Source of the DNA: an uncultured Gammaproteobacteria bacterium
GTDB taxonomy: Bacteria > Patescibacteriota > Patescibacteriia > UBA2591 > UBA6264
NCBI GenBank assembly: GCA_964528795.1
Contig: CAZGUY010000002.1
Span: 1 to 48,812 of the forward strand
Reading direction: 5' to 3'
Length of the DNA stretch: 48,812 bases
The notes below the pieces were generated by a model, which made no database searches, was not told where the DNA came from, and worked only from the letters and a program-made list of their open reading frames with translations. How positions within the stretch are numbered: position 1 is the stretch's first letter; every line of letters starts with the position of its first letter. Made by a program: the position numbers and the translations under genes. Shown piece by piece: positions 21,949-30,272 of the stretch.

Positions 21949-23475
21949 ATGGCTAAAAAATCCAAAATAGAACAAAAATCAATTAACTGGTGGGCTGAGA
22001 TGTTAAGAAGGGGGAGGGTAGTATTTCTTAGCTCCGAGTTTCCAAATAATTATCAAAAACGTTTTTTAAAAAAGCAAGGGCTTGCTTTTCCAATAAAAAG
22101 GGGTTTGTGGTTATTAAAAAAAGAGCAAGAAAAACCAAAAGAACAATTTCTAATATATTATTGGGAAATAATCTCTAAAGTACTTTCTCGTTATAACGAT
22201 TGGTCAATTAGGGGTAAGACCGCCATTAATCTTTTATTAGGTAAACAAAATATTCCCAAAGAGATAAAGGTAAGGATCTCTGATAAAGTAATTCATACCA
22301 TAGAATTAAAGTTTGGTTTTAAAATTTTTGTGAATCATGATTCCCGTTTTAATTCTGATTTGGTGCAAAAAGTAGAGTTATCTGGTTCTGATATTTTCGT
22401 TGATATACCCGAAAGATTGCTTTTAGAATATAAAAACAAAGATCAAAGTTTTGTCCGTTTAATTAAAAGCCAATCTTTTGATAAAAGAATAATAGATACC
22501 CTTTATCAAGAAAAGCCAACCCCTAAATCATTTAAAAGAGTTATTCAAACCCTTAATCAGCATAAAAGATTTGATTTTGTAAAGGATTTTAAAGAAATTG
22601 TAAAGCGCTATACCCATTATCATGTTCCAAAAATAAAATCTGTTAAAACCAATAATGATATATATAATAAGAATATTTCTCCTGATAAACCCTGGGTTAT
22701 TAGACAAAAAGAGCAGGTTAAAGGTTTTTCTAATGATATTGAGGAAAAATTTAAATTAAAAATTAAAGATATTCCTAAGTATAATTTAGATCATCTCTTA
22801 AATCAGGCCAGAGATTCTAAACAATATGATATTTATCATTCTACCACTATTGAAGGATATCAGATTACACCAGAAGAAGTTTCTGAGGTTTTATTAAAAT
22901 ACAAAGATAAAAAAGAAATGAAAGGAGGAATTAAAAAAAGAAAAGAATTAAAAAATAAAATGGCTATATTGGGGTATGCCAATGCTTTTGATCTTATTTT
23001 GGAAAAAGTTAAAAAAGATTATCCAAACCCTCAAGTTTCTAATGAGTTAATTAAAGACATATTTTATCAGCTTTTTAAACCAACAGCAGATGCAGGAATT
23101 TTAGATAAAATGTCTTTAACTCGTTGGCGTAAGACGCAGAATTTTATTAGAAGTAGTCGCCACATTCCACCCTCTCCAAATAAAGTCCCTGATTTAATGG
23201 AGGATTTTGAAAGATCAGTCCAAAAAATTTCTAACCCAATTATTAAATCTATAATTAGCCATTGGTTATTTACTTCAATTCATCCATATATGGATGGTAA
23301 TGGTAGAACAGCAAGGTTGTTAATGAATTATATTTTTCTTTCCAGTGGTTACTCTTGGCTTACTATTAAAGCCGAGCAAAGAGAAAAATATTTTAACAGT
23401 TTAGAAAAAGCTAATATAGAAAACGATATTTTACCATTTTCTGATTTTATAGTTAGTTTACTTTTAAATTTATAA
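21949..23475 (+). CDS. Fic-domain protein with long N-terminal extension
   Basis: 508 aa. Active site HPYMDGNGRTAR, and an upstream STTIEG that fits the [ST]xxxE[GN] inhibitory motif. Confidence 0.8.
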   Translation: MAKKSKIEQKSINWWAEMLRRGRVVFLSSEFPNNYQKRFLKKQGLAFPIKRGLWLLKKEQEKPKEQFLIYYWEIISKVLSRYNDWSIRGKTAINLLLGKQNIPKEIKVRISDKVIHTIELKFGFKIFVNHDSRFNSDLVQKVELSGSDIFVDIPERLLLEYKNKDQSFVRLIKSQSFDKRIIDTLYQEKPTPKSFKRVIQTLNQHKRFDFVKDFKEIVKRYTHYHVPKIKSVKTNNDIYNKNISPDKPWVIRQKEQVKGFSNDIEEKFKLKIKDIPKYNLDHLLNQARDSKQYDIYHSTTIEGYQITPEEVSEVLLKYKDKKEMKGGIKKRKELKNKMAILGYANAFDLILEKVKKDYPNPQVSNELIKDIFYQLFKPTADAGILDKMSLTRWRKTQNFIRSSRHIPPSPNKVPDLMEDFERSVQKISNPIIKSIISHWLFTSIHPYMDGNGRTARLLMNYIFLSSGYSWLTIKAEQREKYFNSLEKANIENDILPFSDFIVSLLLNL

Positions 23476-23505
23476 TATGTCAGAAGGAAGAGAGTCTATA
23501 TTTTA

Positions 23506-23539
23506 CTTAGGAGCAAGGCTCCTAAGTAAGGCTCCTAAG
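23506..23539. repeat. GC-richer hairpin CTTAGGAGC-AAG-GCTCCTAAG with duplicated right arm
   Basis: 9-bp perfect stem with a 3-nt loop. The unit TAAGGCTCCTAAG is repeated, giving alternative pairings. Confidence 0.6.
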
Positions 23540-23549
23540 TTGAAAACAA

Positions 23550-23576
23550 AAACCCGCAAGTTTAACTTACGGGTTT
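23550..23576 (-). terminator. Repeated terminator hairpin, copy c
   Basis: Identical to 19096-19122. Located 3' of gene 23594..24082 and also usable by the plus-strand Fic gene. Confidence 0.75.
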
Positions 23577-23593
23577 AATTTTTTATGGTTTTA

Positions 23594-24082
23594 TTATTTT
23601 GGCAGTTTGAGGATATAGCTTGTTTCAAGAGTGTCTTTACTATAATTATTGCGTTCAGAAGGAATAATTATCCAAGGGTACCATTTGTCATCAGGTTGTT
23701 TTGTAGTTCTTACATAATATTTTTCAACTAAGACGGGAGTGGTAACTTTTTTAGATCTTTTAGTTTCTACATTTTGATTTTCTATAATTTTGGTGTTTAA
23801 ATTACCTTCATCTTCGTAACAGAAAAGGTAAAATTTCTCTTCTTTATATTCAAGATCAATTTTCTTTTGACTGTTCAAAGAAATCAGTTTTTTTGGTTTA
23901 GAGTGGGTAGTATAATGACTAGTGTTTTCGGCTATAGCTATCTGTCTTATAATACCAGACAAAAAAAGGCCCAGCATTAATGCTAATATCAGTGCGACTA
24001 TAAAAGGTCTCATTTGAAACTCGTCGCACACTGCAAATGTTACAAAAAGTACTATAACCACACAACCAATTACAGTAACCAT
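23594..24082 (-). CDS. Small membrane-anchored hypothetical protein (162 aa), paralogue of 19129..19602
   Basis: AGGAGG RBS, identical first 10 codons, two TM helices, then a diverged soluble domain. Confidence 0.7.
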   Translation of the reverse strand: MVTVIGCVVIVLFVTFAVCDEFQMRPFIVALILALMLGLFLSGIIRQIAIAENTSHYTTHSKPKKLISLNSQKKIDLEYKEEKFYLFCYEDEGNLNTKIIENQNVETKRSKKVTTPVLVEKYYVRTTKQPDDKWYPWIIIPSERNNYSKDTLETSYILKLPK

Positions 24083-24134
24083 AATTTCCTCCTTTTATAA
24101 ATTAAAGTTTAATTGTAAATATCTAACTATCCTT

Positions 24135-24163
24135 AATATAGCAAAAATTAATGATTTTGTCAA
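24135..24163 (-). promoter_or_regulatory. Repeated promoter, copy c (TTGACA-N17-TATATT)
   Basis: Reverse complement of 24158-24163 is TTGACA and of 24135-24140 is TATATT. Confidence 0.65.
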
Positions 24164-24299
24164 GGTCAAAATTTATAAACTTATTTTTGCTTTGAAATAA
24201 ATTTTAAATTTTATTGTATTAAATAATGTAAGTACAGATTGGTATTTTATTAATATTTATCCTGAAATATGATCAGGGTAATTTGATTATATAAAAATT

Positions 24300-26192
24300 A
24301 TGTTGAAAAAACCCTTGTCTAAAACTGCTAAAATATTGTTTTTAGCAATAGTATTTTTATTAATTACCGGGGGAATTTATTTTGTTCACAAAATTTTTAC
24401 AAAAGAAGAAAAAATAAAAGAACCAAAAACTATTATTCTAGAGAAACAAACAATCAAAAAAACTATTTCTGCTACTGGTCAAGTGAAAAATTTAAAAGAA
24501 ATTGATATTACACCTGAAGTATCAGGCAAGGTTGATTTTGTTAATGTTGAAGTAGGTGACAAAGTTAAAAGGGGAGATATTATTTTAAAACTTGATACTA
24601 GTGATGCTTTGAAAGAAATTAATAATACTAGAACCGATCTAGAAACAGCTAAATTAGAATTAGAAGAGATGATTTCTCCTCCTGACGATTATGAACTTAT
24701 GCAAGCTGAACATAAATTAGAAAATGCTAGAAATTCTTTGGAAAAGTTAAAAAGAGAACAAGCCTCTGAACAAAGAGAGGCTAAAAATAATAAGCGTAAA
24801 GCTAATGATGATTTAGAAACAACTTATGAAGATGCTTTTAATAATGTTTCCAATGCTTATTTAGATTTACCTGATATTATGTCTAATTTAGAAGATATAT
24901 TAGATAGCTATGAAATAGGAGAAAATAATCTCTTAGTGTCTGAAAATCAAGATAATACCAGTGTCCTTATTAATTCTACTTATAAAGATTACAAAAATGA
25001 TATGAAGGGGTTGGTGGATATAGCAGTGTCTGATTATAATAATTCCAGAGAAAAATATGAAGATACTTATAAGGATTATAAAAATACTAGTCGCTATTCA
25101 GAAAATAGTAAAGTAGAGAATTTATTAAGTGAAAGCATATCAACAATTAAATCAGTTTCTCAGGCTATAAAAAGTATTACTAATATGATAGATTCTTGGA
25201 AAGATTATAGAACTCAAAAAGATTGGCCTATTTTTCAAAAAGTAGAAGATTATAGAACAAAACTTTCTTCATTCACTGCTACAACAAACAATCATTTAAC
25301 CTCTCTTTTATCTATTGAACAAAATATTGAAACTTATAAAGAAAACAAAGAGGATGCTATTTATAATTTAGAAGAAATGGAGGAAAACCATCCAATTAAA
25401 ATAAAAGAACAAGAACAGACCATAGAAGAGCTTGAACAATCTTTAAAGGATTTAAAATTAGGTGCTACTAATTTAGAAATAAGAAAACAGAAAATAGTAA
25501 TTCAAGAAAAAGAAGACGTCTTGCAAGAGGCAAGGGAAAATTTTAATGACCATTATATAAAAGCCTCATTTAATGGGAAAATTGGAGAAATTAATATTGA
25601 GGAGGGAGAGTCAGTATCTAATTCTAATAGTATTGCAATCCTGATTTCCAACGAGAAAGTAGCTGAATTAACCTTAAATGAAGTTGATGTTGCAAAAGTA
25701 GAAAAAGGGGACAAGGTTGAGTTTAGTTTTGATGCAATAGAAAATTTAAAAATGACTGGTGAAGTGATGTCTATTGATACTATAGGAGAAGTTAGTCAGG
25801 GAGTGGTAAATTATGGGTTTAAAATGAATTTTGATAAACATAATGATCAAATAAAACCTGGTATGACAGTTGTTTGTGATATTATAATTGATCAGAGTAA
25901 AGACGCGATTGTAGTTAGTAGTTCATTAATCAAATCAAAGGGTCAAGCAAAATTTATTCAAATTCTTGATAACGAAAAACCAGTTTTAAAGAAAATTGAA
26001 ACTGGTATATCAAATGAAACTAAAACAGAAATTACCAAAGGTTTAGAAGTAGGTGATAAAATAATAACAAATACAGCCTTTTCCCCGGATAATAATTCTA
26101 ATTCGCAAGGTAACGATTCTAATTCACAGGGTGACATAAATAATAAGCCCCAAAATATGCCTGGTTCGGGCATGATGCGAATGATGCGTTAA
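24300..26192 (+). CDS. HlyD/MacA-type periplasmic adaptor (membrane fusion protein) with very long coiled-coil insert
   Basis: 630 aa. N-terminal TM, lipoyl-like ATGQVKNLKEIDITPEVSGKVDFVNVEVGDKVKRGDIILKLD, about 300 aa of heptad-like charged sequence, a C-terminal beta-barrel region, and an NSNSQGNDSNSQG low-complexity tail. Confidence 0.8.
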   Translation: MLKKPLSKTAKILFLAIVFLLITGGIYFVHKIFTKEEKIKEPKTIILEKQTIKKTISATGQVKNLKEIDITPEVSGKVDFVNVEVGDKVKRGDIILKLDTSDALKEINNTRTDLETAKLELEEMISPPDDYELMQAEHKLENARNSLEKLKREQASEQREAKNNKRKANDDLETTYEDAFNNVSNAYLDLPDIMSNLEDILDSYEIGENNLLVSENQDNTSVLINSTYKDYKNDMKGLVDIAVSDYNNSREKYEDTYKDYKNTSRYSENSKVENLLSESISTIKSVSQAIKSITNMIDSWKDYRTQKDWPIFQKVEDYRTKLSSFTATTNNHLTSLLSIEQNIETYKENKEDAIYNLEEMEENHPIKIKEQEQTIEELEQSLKDLKLGATNLEIRKQKIVIQEKEDVLQEARENFNDHYIKASFNGKIGEINIEEGESVSNSNSIAILISNEKVAELTLNEVDVAKVEKGDKVEFSFDAIENLKMTGEVMSIDTIGEVSQGVVNYGFKMNFDKHNDQIKPGMTVVCDIIIDQSKDAIVVSSSLIKSKGQAKFIQILDNEKPVLKKIETGISNETKTEITKGLEVGDKIITNTAFSPDNNSNSQGNDSNSQGDINNKPQNMPGSGMMRMMR

Positions 26193-26196
26193 ATTT

Positions 26197-26907
26197 ATGT
26201 TAGAAGCACAAAATGTAACTAAAATATATAAAACTAAAGCTATTGAAACAAAAGCCCTTAAAAACGTTTCTTTAAAAATTAAAAAGGGTGAATTTGTTGC
26301 TATTATGGGGCCATCTGGGTCCGGAAAATCAACTTTAATGCACATTATAGGTTGCTTAGACATTCCAACAAGTGGAAAAGTTTTTTTTAATGAGAAAGAC
26401 GTTTCTACTTTATCTGATGAAGAATTAACAGAAATTCGTTTAAAAGAAATTGGTTTTGTTTTTCAGGCTTTTAATTTATTGCCCAGAACAACGGTTTTAA
26501 GAAATGTAACTTTACCTTTAATTTATGGTGAGGTGCCTAAAGCCAAAAGAATAGAACTAGCTAAAAAATCTTTAACTGAAGCGGGTTTAAGTAAAGATAA
26601 TTTTAAACATCTTTCAAATCAAATTTCAGGAGGTCAAAGACAAAGAGTTGCTATTGCTCGAGCTTTAGTTAATAACCCCACAATTATTCTAGCTGATGAG
26701 CCAACTGGTAATTTAGATACAAAAACAGGAGAAATTATTTTAAAAACCTTTCAAAGATTAAATAGGGATTATGGGAGAACAATTGCTTTAATTACTCATG
26801 AAAAATACGTAGCCGAACATGCTAATCGAATAGTTCATATTCTTGATGGGAAAATAAAGCGGGATAGTAAAAATAAAAATCAAAGAATTATTTATAAAAA
26901 TTTATGA
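26197..26907 (+). CDS. ABC transporter ATP-binding protein, MacB/LolD-like
   Basis: Walker A GPSGSGKST, signature ISGGQRQRVAIARAL, and Walker B ILADEPTGNLD. Confidence 0.9.
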   Translation: MLEAQNVTKIYKTKAIETKALKNVSLKIKKGEFVAIMGPSGSGKSTLMHIIGCLDIPTSGKVFFNEKDVSTLSDEELTEIRLKEIGFVFQAFNLLPRTTVLRNVTLPLIYGEVPKAKRIELAKKSLTEAGLSKDNFKHLSNQISGGQRQRVAIARALVNNPTIILADEPTGNLDTKTGEIILKTFQRLNRDYGRTIALITHEKYVAEHANRIVHILDGKIKRDSKNKNQRIIYKNL

Positions 26908-28121
26908 AAATAGGAGATTTGTTAAAAGAAACTACAATTTCACTTTCTATGAATAGGGTTAGGAGCGGTTTAACTATGCTCGGCATTATTATCGGAGTAG
27001 GGGCGGTAGTTGCTCTTATTTCTATTGGTCAAGGGGTTCAATTTTCTATTGAAGAAAGGATTCAAGGTTTAGGAACTAATTTATTATCTATTTATCCTGG
27101 CGCTCAGAAAAATTTTGGTAAGGCAAGTACTGGTAGGGGTTCTGCTCAAACTTTAACAATAGAGGATGCTAATGCTATTTTGGAAAATATTAATCATGTA
27201 CAAGCAGTAGCTCCTTATATTTCTGGCAATTATCAAATTATTGTAAAAGGATCTAATACTAATACTAGTGTTTATGGTGTATCTAATTCTTATTTAGAAG
27301 TTAATAATTTAAAAACATCTCAAGGTGGTTTTATTAATGAAAAAGATTTAAATAGTATGTCTAAAATAGCTGTATTAGGGGATACTACCGCTAGTGATTT
27401 ATTTGAAAAAGAAGATATTATTGGAAAAAGAATAAGAATTAATAATCTTATTTTTACCGTTATTGGAAAAATGGAAGAACAGGGAGGAGGTGGTTTTAAT
27501 AATCAGGATGATAGGTTATATATTCCAATAACAAGTTTTGAACAATATTTATCTGGGGCTGATTATGTTAACAATATTAGTGTCCAAGTCGAAGGTAAAG
27601 AGTATATGGAGGCTACTCAAAGTAAAATTAAACAATTACTTTTGGCTAGACATGATATAGAAAATATAGAAAATGCGGATTTTCAAATTATGAATCAAAA
27701 AGATATGTTAGAAACTGCTAGTTCTGTATCTCAAACCTTAACAATGTTTTTAGGTGCTATTGCAGGAATTTCTTTATTAGTGGGGGGCATTGGTATCATG
27801 AATATGATGCTTACTACCGTAACTGAAAGAATTAAAGAGATTGGGCTGAGGAAATCAATTGGAGCTAAGAAAAAAGATATTTCAAGGCAATTTTTAGCAG
27901 AATCAGTTACTCTTACTTTTTTAGGGGGGATAATAGGGATAGGACTGGGTTGGCTTACTTCTATTCTAGTTGCTAAGTTTAGTGATATGCAAACAGTAGT
28001 AACCTTACAGTCTATTTTTTGGGCTTTTTCAATATCAGCTATTATTGGTATTGTGTTTGGTTATTACCCAGCTAAAAAGGCAGCTCGTTTAAATCCTATT
28101 GAGGCTTTAAGGTATGAATAA
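26904..28121 (+). CDS. ABC transporter permease, MacB_PCD + FtsX-like
   Basis: 405 aa. ATGA overlap with the ATPase gene, four TM helices with a large extracytoplasmic loop, and a C-terminal FtsX-like block GYYPAKKAARLNPIEALR. Confidence 0.9.
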   Translation: MKIGDLLKETTISLSMNRVRSGLTMLGIIIGVGAVVALISIGQGVQFSIEERIQGLGTNLLSIYPGAQKNFGKASTGRGSAQTLTIEDANAILENINHVQAVAPYISGNYQIIVKGSNTNTSVYGVSNSYLEVNNLKTSQGGFINEKDLNSMSKIAVLGDTTASDLFEKEDIIGKRIRINNLIFTVIGKMEEQGGGGFNNQDDRLYIPITSFEQYLSGADYVNNISVQVEGKEYMEATQSKIKQLLLARHDIENIENADFQIMNQKDMLETASSVSQTLTMFLGAIAGISLLVGGIGIMNMMLTTVTERIKEIGLRKSIGAKKKDISRQFLAESVTLTFLGGIIGIGLGWLTSILVAKFSDMQTVVTLQSIFWAFSISAIIGIVFGYYPAKKAARLNPIEALRYE

Positions 28122-28163
28122 TCTAATTTTTTGCTATAATGATTGAGTGATTAATGTAAAAAT

Positions 28164-28757
28164 ATGATTTCAAAAAATCAGGATATTAAAAATAGAGAAG
28201 ATAAAGAAATAGCTTTTTATGTTCAACAGGGTAAAGATCAACTTTTTAGTATTTTAATTGATAGATATCAGACCAAATTATTGCGATATGGTAAAAAATT
28301 TTTAAATTCTAATGAAGATATTGAGGACATAGTCCAAAAAGTCTTTATAAAAGTTTACAAAAATATAAAATCGTATAATCATAATAAAAAATTTTCTTCA
28401 TGGATATATAGGGTTGCCCATAATGAATTTGTTAATAAAATTAAAAAGAAAAGTAAATCTCCGCTTCGATTTTTTGATCCAGATATGATTTTTCCTCATC
28501 TTTTAAAATCAGATGAAAACCCTAATAAAAAGAGAATAAAAAAAGAATTATCTTCTACCCTTGATAAGCATCTTAAAAAATTAAAGCCTAAATATAGAGA
28601 AGTAGTAATTTTATATTATTTTGAAGGTTTAAGTTATAAAGAAATTGCTCATATCTTAAAGATTCCCATTGCTACGGTTGGAACAAGATTGTCTAGAGCC
28701 AAAAAAATTTTAAAAGATAAATTTCCTAAAATGAAAAATTTTTATGAAAAAGAATAA
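28164..28757 (+). CDS. ECF-type RNA polymerase sigma-70 family factor
   Basis: 197 aa. Region 2 (DIVQKVFIKVY...FSSWIYRVAHNEF) and region 4 HTH (LSYKEIAHILKIPIATVGTRLSRAK). Confidence 0.85.
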   Translation: MISKNQDIKNREDKEIAFYVQQGKDQLFSILIDRYQTKLLRYGKKFLNSNEDIEDIVQKVFIKVYKNIKSYNHNKKFSSWIYRVAHNEFVNKIKKKSKSPLRFFDPDMIFPHLLKSDENPNKKRIKKELSSTLDKHLKKLKPKYREVVILYYFEGLSYKEIAHILKIPIATVGTRLSRAKKILKDKFPKMKNFYEKE

Positions 28758-29535
28758 AAATAATAAAATTAAAAAATATATTTTAAATGAAATAAAAAAG
28801 GGGAAATTAACCCCTAAGCCTAAAATATATTTTATAATTAAGGGGTCTTTTGTTATATTGGGATTGATTTTTAGTGTTTTGGTTTTTATATATTTAGTAA
28901 GTTTTATCATATATTTTTTAAAACAAAGTGGAGTTTCATATTTACCCAAATTTGGTTTAAGAGGAATATGGGCTTTTCTCTCTTCTTTCCCATGGTTTTT
29001 AGGTATTTTAGGAGTTTTATTGTTATTGACAATTGGGGTTATCTCTCGTCGTTATTCTTTTAATTATAAAATGCCCATTATATATTTTATTTTTATTGTT
29101 TTAATTTTAATAATAACTGGAGGTTATTTAATTAATAAAACAGGTATTCATCCTTATCTTCATAAGCTATCTTATCATAAAAAACTACCAGGCCTTGGGG
29201 GGGTGTATAGATCTTATGAAAAATTTAGCCCCCCTAGACCCATAATAGGTAAAGTAATTAAAATTTTAGATAATAAAATTATTTTACAAGACAGGTCAGA
29301 AAAAAAGATTGAAGTTATAATAGATGATTTTACTCGAACCAATTTTAAAAATAAGCTTCAAAATGATGATTTAGTCTTAATTATGGGAGAAAAGAATAAA
29401 GACCAAATTAAAGCTTTTGGTATTAGAAAATTACCTGAAAAAGATTCTTCTTTTAGGCGCGATTTTTATATGCACCCGCCATTTCCTCCTAAACATCCTC
29501 TGTTTAAAAATAAAGGATGCAAGGAGTGTTTTTAA
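28744..29535 (+). CDS. Membrane protein, possible anti-sigma partner (by position only)
   Basis: 263 aa, overlaps the sigma gene by 14 nt, and has about 4 TM helices. No recognisable anti-sigma domain. Confidence 0.55.
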   Translation: MKKNKNNKIKKYILNEIKKGKLTPKPKIYFIIKGSFVILGLIFSVLVFIYLVSFIIYFLKQSGVSYLPKFGLRGIWAFLSSFPWFLGILGVLLLLTIGVISRRYSFNYKMPIIYFIFIVLILIITGGYLINKTGIHPYLHKLSYHKKLPGLGGVYRSYEKFSPPRPIIGKVIKILDNKIILQDRSEKKIEVIIDDFTRTNFKNKLQNDDLVLIMGEKNKDQIKAFGIRKLPEKDSSFRRDFYMHPPFPPKHPLFKNKGCKECF

Positions 29536-29624
29536 AATTTTAATATCTATTTTTTTGAAATAAATATAAAAAATTATTGTATTAATTATTAAAGGTCTAA
29601 AAATTAATTAAATTAGTAAAAGAT

Positions 29625-30125
29625 ATGAAAAAATATATAATTTTATCTTTGATAGGTTTAGTGCTTATTGTTGTAACTAGCAACGCCTTTGCTATGAAAC
29701 CTTTTCGGGGTTATAAAGATGATAGTAATCTCTCGCCCATAATGAAAGGATTAATTGAAAAATTTAACCTTGATGAAAATAAGGTACAAGAGTTTGTGAA
29801 TAATTTTAGGCAGGAACAAAAACAAAAAAAGCAAGAATCTGTAGAAAAAATATTTGCGAAAAGACTAGATCAAGCATTAGAAAAAGGAGAGATTAATGAG
29901 GAGCAAAAACAAGCTTTAATAAAAAAGCATAATGAAATTCAAAACACAATAGAAAACTTAAGGCAGTCAGACAAAAAAGAAGAAAATTTTGAAGAAATAA
30001 AGAAAATAAGAAAAGAAATGAAAGATTGTTCTGAAAAGGAAAATATTGATTTTAAGGTTTTTGGACCTTCTGGGAAATCTGGTTTTCATGGCTTAAAGCA
30101 CGGATTTAGGTCTGTTAAAAAGTAA
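29625..30125 (+). CDS. Secreted coiled-coil protein, hypothetical
   Basis: 166 aa. Signal peptide ending SNAFA, followed by charged helical sequence. Confidence 0.6.
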   Translation: MKKYIILSLIGLVLIVVTSNAFAMKPFRGYKDDSNLSPIMKGLIEKFNLDENKVQEFVNNFRQEQKQKKQESVEKIFAKRLDQALEKGEINEEQKQALIKKHNEIQNTIENLRQSDKKEENFEEIKKIRKEMKDCSEKENIDFKVFGPSGKSGFHGLKHGFRSVKK

Positions 30126-30179
30126 AAGTTAAGGTATTATAAAAATTAGGTTAAAATTAGAATTATATTTTATCTAAAA

Positions 30180-30220
30180 ACAGGAAGCAGAGTTTTAAAA
30201 TTCTGCTTCCTGTTTTTTTG
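30180..30220 (+). terminator. Intrinsic terminator
   Basis: ACAGGAAGCAGA-N10-TCTGCTTCCTGT (12-bp stem) followed by a 7-T run. Confidence 0.8.
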
Positions 30221-30272
30221 CGTATTAAATCAAAGTATTTGTTTTTTTGTTAAGGTATGGTATTATAATAAT

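Noticed and set aside
19096-23576. The identical 27-nt hairpins at 19096, 21171 and 23550 considered as a possible CRISPR-like or other regularly spaced repeat array.
   Set aside because: The spacing is about 2 kb and irregular. Each copy sits directly 3' of a gene and is followed by a U-run on the minus-strand transcript, so these are duplicated intrinsic terminators. No cas genes are present.
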